64,000 nt of DNA from Podarcis erhardii (Eukaryota). The stretch's first letter is position 1. Each line of letters starts with the position of its first letter. The position numbers and the translations under genes were made by a program. The DNA is taken from NCBI GenBank assembly GCA_964252035.1, contig CAXUOO010000189.1; one strand, 5' to 3'. Under the pieces are notes generated by a model that did not search any database, was not told where the DNA came from, and saw only the letters and a list, made by a program, of their open reading frames with translations. This document shows, in pieces, positions 1 to 14,074 of the stretch.

Positions 1-798
1 GCTGCAACAGTATTGCATTTTGCAGCAGCAACATCAAAAAAAAGTGCATGCGCTTCAAAAGCAGAACGGCAGAATGGGAGAGGCTGTAAAATGAACTAGT
101 GACAGCAAAAAAATCCAGTTACACTATATATAGTAGTGCACGCCATGTGAAAACAACAATCTGAAGTATTGCTTGAGCAACATCAGCGCTGACGGCAGAT
201 CGCAGCAACAGTATGCTTTTTTGCAAGTGTACATGGGCACTTTACATCAGCGGGGCTGTGATTTTTGTCTTGATAAATCTGAAGTGTATAGAACACACTC
301 AGACAGAAATACACGTATATATAACTATATGTATAGAGAGAGAAGTTCAAATATATGTTTAGCAAGTGTAAGCCCCCACATCAAGTGGTTTCACAGCTAC
401 CTTCTGAATTTACTGGCGACCTCCCTTGCAGCCCAACACGCTGGTTCACGCTGATGTACGCGCTTCTGTATGAACTTTTATCCAGTCAAAACACATCAAA
501 AACTGCATCATCTCGCTCTGCTCTATTCAAAAAAACTAATTCTGGAATTACGTCGACTCCAGTCAGAAACTAAAAATACTTGATGAGAACGATATGCGGA
601 CATAGAATACAAGTATCTAGTATGTGCAAGCTTTCCAGACACGACTAGACAAAAGTTTACACTCACACGCACGTGTACAATGTTGTAATTCAATCGCGTA
701 TTATGTACAATAGCAAACGAGTAAGATATACACATAATAACAGAGAGAAGATAGGCATCAGTAGAGCAGTAGAAAAACATGCATTTCGCTTTCCTTAC

Positions 799-1064
799 AC
801 GGAGTTCCTCAACAGGGTCTCCTGCTAAAGCTCCGCTTCCGCACATAACTAGAGGCGGTAGTGGAGCTCGAAATCCTGCTTTGTTGCCCGTTCTTTCTGT
901 TGATGATTTGACTGTTTTTGCCTGTTTTTTTCGAAGCTTGCCATAATTCCTGGCGTCCTTTCTTGTGCGCGTTTCATCAGCTCCTTCACCTGCTTTCCAC
1001 TCCAATTTTTCACCACAACAGGCTCTGTTCTTCTCCTCTGTTTTAGCAGTAGTGGTGGTCGAAT

Positions 1065-1096
<32 letters not shown>

Positions 1097-2802
1097 ATAG
1101 CTGTCGGTGCTGCTTGGCATGATTTGCACGAGTGCACAGGCTGCTGAATTGTCAACGAGGAAGAAAGCGTCGCTTCAGGTTGGCTGCTTGTGTGGAAAAA
1201 AGGATTGTGATGACAGCAAAACTTGTCCTTCTTCTTCGTTTTCTTTCTCTTTTTTGTAGAGCTTGTTGCAGTGTGTAGAAAGAAGAGGCTGTTGCTGGGT
1301 TTTTTGCAGGTGTCGCTGCCATAGTGCTTGTTGCAAATAACTTCCACGTGTGCACTGCTGCTCTCAGAAACTGCTGCTGCGTTTCGGCTGTTTTCTCTTT
1401 CATTCCGTCCGTCTTTTGCTCTCTTGCTTTTGCGCTTTTTGCGACTGAACTGGCTGCGGCCTGAACAGTGGCTGACTTGATTTTGTGCATGCAGCAGCTC
1501 GTCAGTGGAAGCAGCAGCGTGATGACTGCTCAGTCGAACTACGCAGCAAACAAATCCAGCTTTCAAACAAGCATTCACAATCGAAGCCGCCTGTATGGAC
1601 AGTGCAGCAGGTGGCTGCTCAAAACTGCTGCAGATTTTTGCATCATCGTGACAGTCTTTGCATGCAGTGCAGCTCTGCTCACTCTTTCGAAAACTTCGCC
1701 TGCAACAACATCGACGATTTCTGCAGCGAAAACGAGTGGCTTCGTTCGACAGCCTCCTTTTTTGGCTGTCTGAACTGGTGCTGTTGCTGAACGGGGAAGT
1801 TGAAACACTGCTACTAAAAGAGTCTGAGACGCTGCACCCAAAGCCTGCCACAAACTCGTCTCCCACTACAAAAACCACGCCTTTCCAGTGTAGATACGGA
1901 CTGTAGCAGTCGCTGCTTTCTACTGGCTGCTGAACTGGAAATTTCTGCTTTTTCTGAGCTTCGTGGAGGGGGTGCTTTGGTGGAAACGCCTGCAAAGGCA
2001 GCAGCAGCAGTGGCAGTTTCTTCGAAGAAAGTGCTGCTGCTCTTTCTTCCTCTCTAGTGCTACTGCTGCCCCTCTTGAACTCACTGCTGCTCTGCGAAAA
2101 AACGCAACGCCCACTTTCACTTTGCTTCTGCATGCAGCCCTTATCAGTACACCGCATGCAGCGGCTTTCTTTTCTTCCTTTCCTTTTCGAAGAAAAAGCG
2201 GGCCTCCCTTCATCCCCTGCTGCTGACAAATCAGCTCTCAGCTGCTGCTGCCGTTTCACTCTCTTGCTGCTGCACTCAGTAGAACTCTCGCTATCGTTGC
2301 TGGAATCAGTAGAATCCCTGCTATCGTTGCTGTTTTCAATAGTAAGACTTCTGCTATTGTTGCTGGAATCAGTAGAATCCCTGCTATTGTAGCTGAAATC
2401 AGTAGAACTCCTGCTATTGTTGCTGAAATCAGTAGAACTCCTGCTATTATTGGTGTTTTCAATAGTAAGACTTCTGCTACTGTTGCTGGAATCAGTAGAA
2501 GTCCTGCTATTGTTGCTGTTTTCAGTAGTAAGACTTCTGCTATTGCTTCTGCTTCTTTTGTCAGGACTACTATTGCTGCTGCTAAAAATACTTTGAGTAT
2601 GATTGGTGGTGGTTTGGCAAAAGGCATGCCTGTCAAGCAATGCATGCTTCGTCTGATCATACGGGCTTTCACTAACAAACAAATCCACTTTTAAACCACC
2701 ACCACCACCACCATTATTATTACCACCACCACCACCACCATTACTATCACCACCACCACCACCACCACCATCACCACCCCGCTCAGTAAGAGTATCCCGA
2801 CT

Positions 2803-2833
<31 letters not shown>

Positions 2834-5800
2834 TGAGCAGCAATAGCAGCGAGAGTCTGTTTATCACTACTACTACTACTACTGCTACTGCTACTACTAT
2901 TATTATCAGCACCACGACTACTACGACTACTACTGGTTGCAGCAGAAAAAGCAGAGAATCCACGACGAGCGTCTTCCTGTTGAAGAGTAGCAGGGGCTCG
3001 TGCTGTCGAGTTGGCACTAGTTAGACTTGAACTGGAAGCAGTGGCCTTTTGTATTGGTTGCCAGTTTTTCTTTGAGGCAGAAACAGCGCAGTCTTCTTTG
3101 TTGTTGTGCCCTCCTCCTGCACAAGTCGTAGCAGTGAAAGGGAGAGGCAAACTTCGACGAACAGCAGCGAACGCTCTGCGAGGACTTGGAACTTGCTTGC
3201 ATGCAGCAACTGCAGCATGCAAAAAAGGAGGAAGGGGCTGCGATTTAGACGGCAGTCGAGCAGCAGTAGCAGCAACAGCAGGTGTTTTTTCAGCACTAGC
3301 AGCAGCAGCAGAAGGTGCAAGAAATCGTGGAGAAGAACCGCAGAAAAAAGCGGAGATTTCTGCTTCTTCTGCATCACCACCACCCACAATCGTAGCAGGA
3401 ATCGCAGAATTCGTCGTGGTGAGCGTAGAACGAGTAGCAGTCGCAGGAAGAAAAGGAGAAGAAGGAAAAGGCGGAAAAGAAGGAGGAGTGGGTGCATGTC
3501 TTTTTTTGTCTGCTGCTGCTGCTGCTTCTTCAGCCATAGGAAGAGTGGGAAGAAAGTACCAGTCTAGAACGGAAATGGCTCCAGTGAGTGGATTTTGCAG
3601 GCGCTGACGATGAGCCCGCACTGCTGGCTGAACTGGCAAGTTCTTGAAGAGCTGCAGCTTTCTGCAGCAGCTCAAACTCACTTTTCTGAGCAGTTGCTGC
3701 AGCCACCACTTGCAGCCTCCTGCTTTTCTCTCAGAAGCAGCAGCGGCGCTTTGCTTGCGACAACAACAGCAACGAGAAGAAGAACTCGAAGAAGAAGCAC
3801 TTTCGTTTTTTGGGAGAAGTAAAAATGCGGACCGAAGACGTCTACTTTGCAGCAGGTGGAAGAACAGACGCTGCAGTGGCACCAGTAGTGATACGCGAAA
3901 AAAACGCGGACTCTTTTCGACTCCTCTTTGTTGATTTCCAAGTAATTCCTCACCTGCTCGATCATCAGCGTTTCCACCGAGTAGTTGTCTGCGTTGTTCG
4001 GCAGAAGGCGCTGACTCGGAGAAAAGGGTGCTCTCTTTCTGCATGCAAAAAAAGGCGCCACGGCTATTACGACGTCTGCTGCTGCGACTCCATGCACAGC
4101 TGCATGCTGCGCAGCCAGCACCAAAAACAAGTGCTGCAGTGGAGCCGCAAACAAAAAGAAGGGTGGACGGTAAGATCGCCGCGCAAATTCACACCTGCAC
4201 GCCCAAAAACCGCAGCTTTGACGTGCATGCACCAGCAGCAGCACATGCATGCAAGTGCACCAGCAGCAGCTGCTCTCTCAGCCGCATGCGTCAAAAGAAA
4301 GAGGAAAACACACACGCAGCACACTGAGGGGCAGCGCAGCCAGTGCATGCAAACACCAAATCCGCGCGTGAAATTGCACCACTCCAATGTGCCTGCAAAA
4401 GCAGAGCGGAAAACCACTGAAAGGCAGCCATGTCTCACGAAAGCCGTTGCAGACTGGAAGCACGAATTTGCATGCAGCAGATATTCCAGCTAGATTCTTC
4501 TTCATCATTGTGCAACGCAAACAGCCGTCGAAGTTCACACAAGCACTTGGAAAATAAATGAAAATGAGTAAAGTAGACGCTTGCACACAGAGAAATTGGA
4601 GACTTTTGCAGCTGTTTCCCCACTGTTTTACTACGACTACAGCCGCACTGCAGCACGAAGATATTGTGAAAGGAGGCGGCTTAGAGCTGTCGCTTATTGG
4701 TTGACGCATGCATCTATGTGTCAACATACAGCACAAAAGAAAACATCAAATTTATGTGGACAAGAAATCTGGGCTGATCTATAATTGAGTGCAGCAGCAC
4801 AAAAGAAAACATGCAAATTTATGTGGACAAGAAAATCTGGGCTGATCTATAATTGAGTGCAGCAGCACAAAAGAAAACATGCAAATTTATGTGGACAAGA
4901 AAATCTGGGCTGATCTATAATTGAGTGCAGCAGCACAAAAGAAAACATCAAATTTATTTGGACAAAATAATCTGGGCGGATCTATAAAGTGAGCGCCGCT
5001 GTGCATGGCTTCACAGATGTATGTGCGTGTCTTTGCATGCATATTCGAAATGCTTCATGTACATACACTCCATCCAATAGCCGCCGCATGCGTAGTGGAA
5101 GCAAAGAAATCCTAAAATTATGGAGCGAACGAGCAGCAGTCAGTAACAGAAAAGTGAAAGTTGATCTACAAATCAAAGTACAGAAAACTGGAGAAAGTCA
5201 ATCAACCCTACCACACACATATATAAACAAATTTGTGCATCCAAACATCCACACATACAGCCACAGATCTACACGCATAAGGCCTACATTTAAAAGACAT
5301 ATACTTGGATTTCGATGCAGCATGCTTACACATATGTGTGGAGACGCTTTTGTGTACTCTCCTATACAAATCTAGAAAGCAAAGATTCCGCTGTGTGTGT
5401 TGATACAGTAGGCATGCAAGAGCTTCAAAAAGAAGGATTTGTGTGCTGACGAGTCAACTGCATGCGCAGCAAAGCAGCAGCAAAGCAGCGCAGAGATTTT
5501 GAAAAGAAGAGGCGACTGCTGCAGACACATTGAGCAAGCAAAGGAAGATCAGGTGCATTAAAAAGGCAGTCAATAGCAGCAGCTATAGCAACTTCAACGA
5601 AACATGCAGAGACACACAAAGCTGCATCTCTCTATAGTGATTCCGTGATTTCTTCTACGATTTCGGTAAACGCAAGAAAGTGAATTGCAGCATAGCGCAC
5701 ATGCAGCAGACGAGTTCCACACTGATCCAAAAATCTGAACAGCGTGTCCTGTCTACTGGAACTTTCATAGAGTTTTGCATGGATGTGCACACACACACAA

Positions 5801-7362
5801 ACACATTCATAACCACCACATTGCATGCATGCACCTCCCTTTATCAGTGCCAGCAATATTCTTATTAAAAATTGTATAAAAAGAAAGAGAATGAAGAGGA
5901 GGAGAAGAAGCTGAGCAAGGTGGTGCAGCGGAGAGTGGAGTAGAGAGAAAGGTGCGAGTTAGAGCAGCTGCAGCTGAGATTAGAAGGACATATACTGGAG
6001 GACTTACTGCTGTAAAATGCGGCGCATTTTCGGCCCAGAGTAGTAGAGGTTGATGCGCGAAACATTGAGCAGCTCACTGAGGAAGAAGGCGCAGACGGCA
6101 GCAGCAGCAACAAACCAGAAGCAGCGCTGAAGAGAGCTGAAGAGAGAAAAAAAAAAGTTAGGAAGCCAGCAGTAGCACCAGTGAACAAGCCAGCCAACTG
6201 TTTGAGTCCCCCAGTGAGCAGTCGGAAAAGCCACGAGGCGCGAGAACTCCGTCAGAAGAAAAAAGAGCCAAACGAGCAGTGTCTGAGTGCATGCAACAGC
6301 ACAACTGAGACAGAAGACTTGAATTCGCAGCTGCAGCTGCCAGAGCCAGGAGACTTCCTCTGCATGCGCTTTCAAAAAAGCAGCAAGTGCCCGGGAAACA
6401 GTCTCTGCTGCTGTAGTTCGACAAGAAGAAAGGAAAGCACCAACAGCACCAGTTGTTGGAAGAAGCACCGACCACAACTCCTCCATTCGCACTTTCCAGT
6501 GGAGGTGGCTGTTTTCAGAATCACTGGCTGCACTGTGAATCTGACCACGATTACTGAGCACCCAGCGCAAACGAGTGGAGAAAGTGTGGCTGCTGCGTCT
6601 AGCTGGTGCTGTCGATTTAGTCTTGTGGGGGCTCTGAGTGAGTCGACGAGCGATGGGGCTGAAGCGGCGTCTGTCTTTGATTTTCGAAGCAGTTCTACTG
6701 CTGCTTTTACTGTCGATGTCACTACAACGCAGCCAAGAAAAAGAGACGCTGCAGCTCTTTCTTTTTCTTAGAGCGTGGAAACTGCTGCAGTTGAGTCTGT
6801 GCAGAACGGATTTGGTCGAGTGACTGTCGCTGCTGTTGGGGCTGCTTTTGAAGCGGAAAAGCTGCTGCAGTTTCTCGTGGAGAAAGCCAGCTGCATGTCG
6901 TCGTCCTGAAGAAACCAAAAAGGAGGCGGAGTTGTCGACTTTCGTGTTTTTTTCACCCCCCTGAGGCAATTGCTGCAGCACTAATTCCGCGCCTGTTCGA
7001 AACGAAGAGGGTGACACCGTCGTGCTTGAAACGCTGCTGTTGTTCGAGGCGAAAAAAACGGAAGGAACGCTGTCCTTGTTGCGACTACTACTACTACTAC
7101 TAGTACTGAACAACCACAAAAGAGTCAAAGATAGCAGCAGAAAGAGCAGCAGGAGAGCGCCTCGGTTGCCGAAAGGCAAAGAAGAAGTGAAGTCGAAAAA
7201 CAGTGTCGGACGCTGGCGCACCGCTGGCGAAACTGGTGGGCGACTTCTAGTCGTGTCTCTGCTCTGTTTGTTGCACAGTTTGTGACTGCTGCTGCGGGTT
7301 TCGGAGGAGTTTTCATGGCTGCAGCGAAACTGAGTGGAGTTGTCTTTTTTTTCCGGCTTCAT
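799..7362 (-). CDS. Membrane-anchored alpha/beta-hydrolase-like protein (YheT/ABHD1-3/EHT1 type) with large low-complexity insertions; 3' end continues left of 799
   Basis: Exon 7362-6008 (MKPEKK..., hydrophobic segments, ending RINLYYSGPKMRRILQ) has a GTAAGT donor at 6007. It joins in phase 2 to the acceptor at 4195, giving RILQQCEFARRSYRPPFFLFAAPLQHLF, which resembles the family N-terminal C..l...Y.P..w....lQ motif. Conserved-looking islands follow in family order in the 523-4044 ORF: HRQRLQNPLTGAISVLDWYF (y.R..l...DG....lDW), GVVFVVGD, IVNACLKAGFVCCVVRL (a...G...vV.n.RG), PLPPLVMCGSGALAG (elbow position). A GTAAGG donor lies at 798. One frame switch is needed between about 4190 and 3680. 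Confidence 0.6.
2276..2560 (-). repeat. Coding minisatellite, about 30-bp units encoding SRS(S/L)T(D/I)(S/F/E)(S/N)(N/S)N-like decamers
   Basis: Repeated tcagtagaa..cctgctattgttgctg(g/a)aa and aatagtaagacttctgcta units; visible as SNNSRSSTD/SRSLTIEN repeats in the 1173-aa ORF. Confidence 0.85.
4729..4992. repeat. Intronic tandem repeat, about 67-bp unit x4
   Basis: cagcacaaaagaaaacat(g)caaatttatgtggacaagaaa(a)tctgggctgatctataattgagtgcag repeated head-to-tail, inside the predicted intron 6007-4195. Confidence 0.95.
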
Positions 7363-10300
7363 GATGATGTGTCCTCTGCACTCAGAAAGTCTGCTAAAGC
7401 ACCACAGACTTCCCTCAACACGCATTTACAGCAACAACGAAACCCAGTGCACAGTTTCGTTTCATGTGTTGAGCTTGCTTTCCACTCCACCCCGCTACAC
7501 TGTCGCCTCTGCTTTGTGGATTTAACGCTACGTATTCTGCATAAACTGCTTAGACTCCAACGTTGCTGCTGCTCTGCTAGTTGGTGCACACAGCTGTTCT
7601 TGCTCTGTTAATGGTGGCTTCTGCTCAGTGCTCGCAGATGCCAGCAGTGCTGCAAGCAGCCGCAGCAGCAGCGCAACATTTTTGTGGCTTATCACACAAA
7701 ATACGCCTTGAAATAATCAGCCATGCACTTCTGCCTGCAGCTGCTGCTTGTGCATTGAATTTCGGTAAAGATTCGCGCAAACTTCTCCCCCTTGACCGAG
7801 AGAACGAAACTACCAAAATTGGGCAACCCCCCTAAGTGTGTCAGTGTGTGTGTGTAGGTAACCACTGCCACGTACTCCACCTTCTGCGCGCAATTTGACT
7901 TATAAAGAACTCTCCAGATTGAAAACTATTCATACACATACATAAATATCGAGAGAGAGAGAGAGATGCGTTCACGAATATAGTCGATCCCGTTTTTTCG
8001 TGCGTATATATGAGTACGCACACACACATGAATTTGAATACGGCAGAGGAGTGCGGCAGGAATAACAAGTGAATAAAGGAGAGACACCGGCGGAATCAAC
8101 TGCTGCAACAACGTAAAGACGTTGACCAAAACAAAACAACAACAGCTACATGACACAGCACAACTTGTTGCAGAGACGTGAGACTGTATGTGGCGTTATG
8201 TCAACACGAATGAGTCGGTATAAGGCAGTCTGAAAGGCGACTGGGAATTGCACTTCATTTGACGACGCGGAAATTACAGACTTTATTCGGAACGCAGATA
8301 CGCTGCTGTAGCCTGTCGTTCTGCTGCAAATTAGCTCATTTTTGCTTTACTTCAAAGCGGCTACTCCTGCGAGTGCGACTTCTACACCGGGATCAACATG
8401 CTTTCTCGTGTCTTCTGCGCATCATCAGCAAAAATGAAAATGTAGAATCGACGCAAGAGATACAGGAAGCTGAACTGTTTCACTGAGAATGCGCGAAGCA
8501 TGCCCTTAAAGAGATGTGCCGTCGCTAAGTTGTGCTGGGCTCACAGCAGTGTTGCTACAGCCCGCTGCTCTAGTGCCGCTGTGCAGGTGCTTCCGTTGAA
8601 AAGTATTTTTTTGTTTGCATCACACCCACTGCTTCTTCGGCAAATGCTGTCGATGCTGCTGGTGGCGACCTTGAAAAGAAAGTGTGCATGTCTGTCGCAT
8701 GCGCAGCTAGTATGTCGTCTTACCACGGATGTCATAGCTGCAGGCACAAACCACACTATTAATCTCTCTTTCTTTTTCTCTTCCCCTTGGCTTTTTCTGC
8801 TTCTTCCTTTAAACTACCGCTGTCTTCGATGCGTCTTTCGGTGGCGCCTTCTCCTTCACATATACCATATATATGGACTCGCGTCCACCGCCTGCACATA
8901 CAAGACAACTGTCGGGGTGCTGCTGCTGCTGGACTGACACCACAGCACCTGCAGCAACAACGGCACTCATACACATAATATGCGAATTTCAAACGACTTC
9001 AAAATGCATAGAACGATATAGCAGCAGCTGAGCAGAAACAGCAGCCAAAACAACTGCTGTGTGCTTGATGTATGACTAGGTTTGTAAAAAAAGCCAGAAA
9101 TATGTGTGCAGAGACGGTACAAGGACTCTGCAGTGCGATGTGTGTAGTTTCTCGACACCACACCACCAAAAAACCTATATTGTCTGTTTTTTCTGCAGCA
9201 TTATTCCAGTTACTGCAGGCAAACGATAGCGTGAGCGAAGCAAAATGAGCAGTTGGAAAACTTTTGCTCGCTGTCCCATGGGGCAGTTGCACAACACACC
9301 AGCAGAAACGCTGGACCATCAAGCGCAGCAGCTTTTCAGCAGCACAGAGCAGCCACTAAGCAGCAACCGCTGCAATACATCAATTATCAACAACAGGCAG
9401 CCTTTGAGTATGTGACAGCAACATCACACCCGTCATTCGCACTAGTAAAGCAGCCTCGTAAACCATAGGCAGAATTACAAGTAAAAAATTCAAGCCTAAG
9501 CTGCAGCTACAGCGGCAGCATCAGCAGCAGCGGGACCTACGCGCATCAGTAGAATGAACAAAAGTCGCCTGCCAATGGCCTGACGCCCACTGCTAATTGC
9601 ATGCATATGCATATATATATATGTATATTGGAAAGAAGTAAAAAGAACTGTTGAATCCACTAGGAGTCTTCAGTCAGCAAACAAACACTAATACACCTCA
9701 TGCCTAACAACGGTAGCAACAGCGCATCAGTCAGCCTACAGCAAAAACAGCAGCGGCAGGACAGGCTCCCAAACAAGTTCTTGAACAGACAAAAGAAAAC
9801 ACCACAAAAAACACGTACTCAATATGGACGCAGAAGAAGAACTAGTAGCTGAAATAGTAGCAGGACTACTAGCGCGAACAGCACAGCAATTCAGTAACGG
9901 ATACTTGCTGGAATAGCGGCGCTTCTGTGTTTGAAGCAATTGCAGCACAAAAGCTTAGCGCAGCAGCAGCAACAAGGCCAGCAAGGTCTTAGCAGTAGCC
10001 ACTGCAAACACACAAATAAGGTTAACTCCACTAGCTGCTTTAACACTTTCAACCAGCCCCTTTTTAACAGCAGCAGCAGCATTATCAGCAGCGTCAACAA
10101 CAGTAACAGCAGCACTAGCAGCTTTGACAGGTTTAGCAGCACTAACAGCGGCTTTGATAGAAGTAGAGTTGCCACCAGCAGTGCTTTTACGCGCAGAATA
10201 GTAGCAGTAATAGCAGCTTCCACACTAATTCACAGTCGAAGCGCTTCTTCGAACAAATAGGAAGATTCGGTGGAAAGGAGAAAAACTAGAACGAATTCCT

Positions 10301-13300
10301 CAATAGCAGCAGCTGTAGCAGCCAGAGCAGTAGTATTCGTAGTAATAGTAGTAGTAGTAGTATTAGTAGTAGAATTAGGCTAGCGTAGAGGCTTACAAGC
10401 GCAGCAATAGCAGCAGCAACCGCGGTTGTGCCTTATTTAGAAGAGTATTCGTCTTGAGTATCAGAGAGATAAGACATATCTTGCAGTGCATGGTAATTCA
10501 ATGTTTTCGCAGATCTTCTTTTGAGTTTTATTTGCATTGTGATTTGTTTTTCACTGATGTAGAAAATGTCAATGGAAAAAAAGTTCATTTTTATGGTCTG
10601 TGGCATTTAGATTCTATCTGCTCTGTAAGCGTCGAATATTTTGGGAGCTTCGTTTCAAAGTCAGTTTCTCGAGCCAGACAAGAAGAAGCGACTTTGTCGA
10701 AGACCACTCTTGCGACGCCTTTCTCCCCATTTTTTCGCCGCTCTGGATTTCTTTATACTCAATTTTTTTTCTCTCTCTCTCTCTCTCTATATTTATATAT
10801 ATATATATATATATGTAGATGCATTTTATGGCAAAAGCGTTCTTATACCGCGCTACATTTTCCAGTATCTCGATCTGCGTATGCATGTATATTTGAATAG
10901 ATAAATGCGTAGAAAGTTCGGAGTACGTGTGTATATAACTTTGTATTTTCTGTCATTCGGGGTGCCATTTGGTTTTCTCTTTTTCTGCTCGTCTGGCTGA
11001 AGACGAAGGCCGTAATCACATTTCTTGTTCTTTTTATGAACACTAGCCCATTGTGACTGCGCAATATATCTCCAATCTTCCTCAGTCTTTGAGCGGCAAA
11101 AACAACTTTGTTTTGCACGCTGATTTGAAATTTGCAACATAAAAAGATTCTTCGAACTCATCTCTACATATGTATATAGGTATAAGTTAGCCTCCTCTTC
11201 CTCGTCAGTATGCTATGCTAGTTTACTAAACAATGGATTTTTCCGATCCTCACCACTTTTCAGTTTCCTTGAAGTACAGAAACAGAAACCACTTTTACTG
11301 TTTTCTTTCAGTAGACATCATTGTTTTCGAAGAGAGGTACAAATATATTCAAACGAGATTTGATCATTGAGTATACACATGTGTAGTCATTCAGCCTCCA
11401 TTTCTTCTAATGCAGACGATGTCTCTATGACTCTGCTATTCTATCAACTCTTGTTCAATTTCGTAAAAAGTAGGAAATTGTGACTTTGTCCAGTCTACTT
11501 GTGTTCTTCTCAAGTATCTCTCTCTCATATACATTTCTCAAGCTCTCTACATCTTCAACAAAAGTACGAATATACATACATGAAATTATACCACTAAGTA
11601 CGTAATTATTTATGAGTTAAGATGAAATTTTTTGCCGTTTACTCCTTCATCTCTGCATTCTTCAATACATATATATATATATATATATATGTGTGTATTT
11701 ATTTCCTCTCACTCACATGTGAAACTTCCTTGATTAAAGCTCACTCGTTCACACTGGTCTCTGTCTCTTTTTGCTTGTAGACATAGATTTCTATGAGTCC
11801 CAATTCTTTTATTTGAGCCGGTATCTCCATGCATGTGTACATGATACAATGAAAGTGTCAGTTCTTTCACTCGCATGCATTTCGACGATGAACATACGTC
11901 CGTATATCGAATGCATGCATTCTCGTGTCAATAAAGTTGTCGGGCACCATTTCTTTCCTCTGTGGATGATGAGAAATCAGCGAAAGATTTATCTTTGACT
12001 GAGCACTGCAGTGCGAATAAACCGCGCTATCTCTTTTTTTGGATTTCTGCTGCGACAAAAATCGAAGCTGCTGCAACTCGCTCGAGCTCCTTTTTCGGCT
12101 GTTGCTGGTGCTTCTTCAGTGCTGGATTTGTGCTGCTTTTGAAGTCTCTCTGCTATCTATTTAATCTGCAGTCTAATTGCATAACTGATATTCGTTCTCA
12201 GCCCCACACACACACACAAATCGAATTCAAGCCTGCTTTTTCGCTGCTTTTTTTGCTCTTTTTCTTCTCGTCATTCTCTCGCTTTTGCATCTGCTGCACC
12301 GCCAGTGCATGCAGCTTCATGAGCGTCAAACTGAGATACTTTCTCTGTGTGATGAATGCTGTTTTGTATGCCTCAATCAACGAAGCTTTCCATGCAGCAG
12401 CGCTTTCTACGAACCTGTTTTTTGTGTGCAAACTGTGGCTCTTTTACTGCTTTCGCTCTCGCAGTTGCTGCCTCTTTTTTCGTTTTTCCGCAGTAGCAGT
12501 CCCTGTGTTTTAGTGCTTTCTTTGATCACAACGTAAAAAGACGAGCACGCATCAGTTTTCTTGCTGCAATGCTGCTGCTCTGCAACTTTTTTCTCTGCTG
12601 TTTTGCTAAACAGTGCAAACCACCCTTTATCTCTCTATACATATATATATATATATTATATGTGTGGAATTGATAGTTTATTCTGTATTTATGGCCTCAA
12701 AGAGACTGTGAAAGCGGTATATACATATACATATATACATATACATATATATATATATATATCCGGCTGACGATTTCTCTGTATTCCACCAACAACTGCT
12801 TCTTCTAGCTTTCACGACAATTGTCACTATTGCTGAGGCTCACAGCACACTCAACTCAAGCTCTACCCTATCACTACTTCCAATACTAGTACTATTACTA
12901 CTACGAATATACTACTACTAATATACTACTACTACTATTATTATTACTAGTACTTTTTCACTACTACTAGTACTTTTACTGCGACGACTCTAGCTAGTGA
13001 AGGAATGGCGCTGTGGTTCTTTTTGTGTTGAATTTTTGTATTCTTTGATGTGCTTATACGAAACAACGACTCTGCTACTACTACTATTTTGACGCATATT
13101 CGCTTATTCTTTCTTCCCTTCTACGCCTGCTCAAACCACTGTGGGTTTTATTGTTTTTTTGCTGCAAAGAAATCCACAAAACAGGGGTCAGGCCTACAAT
13201 AACAGCAACCCAGTCTACTTTTTATTCCGTATTTGACGATTGAGACGACTACTTTACTGAGAGAAAAGGAAGTCCAATTTTCCAGCTTCATACTTTGAGA

Positions 13301-14074
13301 AAAACAAAAGTCCGCTTTCAATCGAGAGATCTTTGTGTCAGCCTAGTTACGCGTATTTACGTGAATTTACTGAAATTAGGATATATACACGATAGCACAC
13401 AAAGATACTGCGTTTAATCCGAGCAGCTGAGTAGCAGGAAAAGTAGACGCAGTGACTGCTAATTCAACACCAAAGTGTCGACACTTGAAGATTGGGTGAA
13501 ATTTAGGCCCTCTCTCTGTGAGTGAGTGGTGTGTGTGTGTAAATATTGTCTTTCTTGTTAAAACTGCGCTTTGTTCAACTGCTTTGCTTGTTTGAGCGCG
13601 CGCACCAATCATCACCCAGTTTCGCACCACTGTCTCTGTGTTTAAAGAAAAGCAAAAATCTTTCAATCCAAACCCTACTGGCAAAACAGAGCAGCGAAAA
13701 TAGCAGCAGTAGTTGTTTGCAAAAGTTCCGTAAAAAGGACTTGGAGTTTTCAACTCAACTGCAGCAGACGCGATGCAGAAAGAGCCAAACTTCGCTTACT
13801 TTGCAGCAGCAGCAGTTGATGAGAATGATGAGAAAGTTTGGAGCACTGATTGCTTGCTTTTCAAGGCAGAAATTGCCTCATTCACAGCACTGAAGAGAAG
13901 AAGTCTCGCAGCAGCTTCGTTGGGCACTTCAAACACGAATCGAAAGCAAAAGCAACTCAAAAAGCAGTGAGCAAAAACGCCAACTTTTCCTCACAGCTAA
14001 AACAAGCACTCAGCTTCGCTCTGTTTTTTTTTTCCACTGTTCTTTTGGCTGCCCGTGCATCCTCTGCAGTAACA

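Noticed and set aside
1850-1890. VVFVVGDEFVAGFG resembles SGNH/GDSL block I (GDSxxAG)
   Set aside because: The surrounding motifs (Y.P...LQ, LDW, cvV) and their order fit an ABHD/YheT fold better, and no other SGNH blocks were seen.
9700-10260. Low-complexity ORFs on both strands
   Set aside because: Short, broken frames with no motif or consistent splice model; coding status cannot be supported.
13668-13675. Telomere-like heptamer AAACCCT
   Set aside because: Single copy, as expected by chance; no array.
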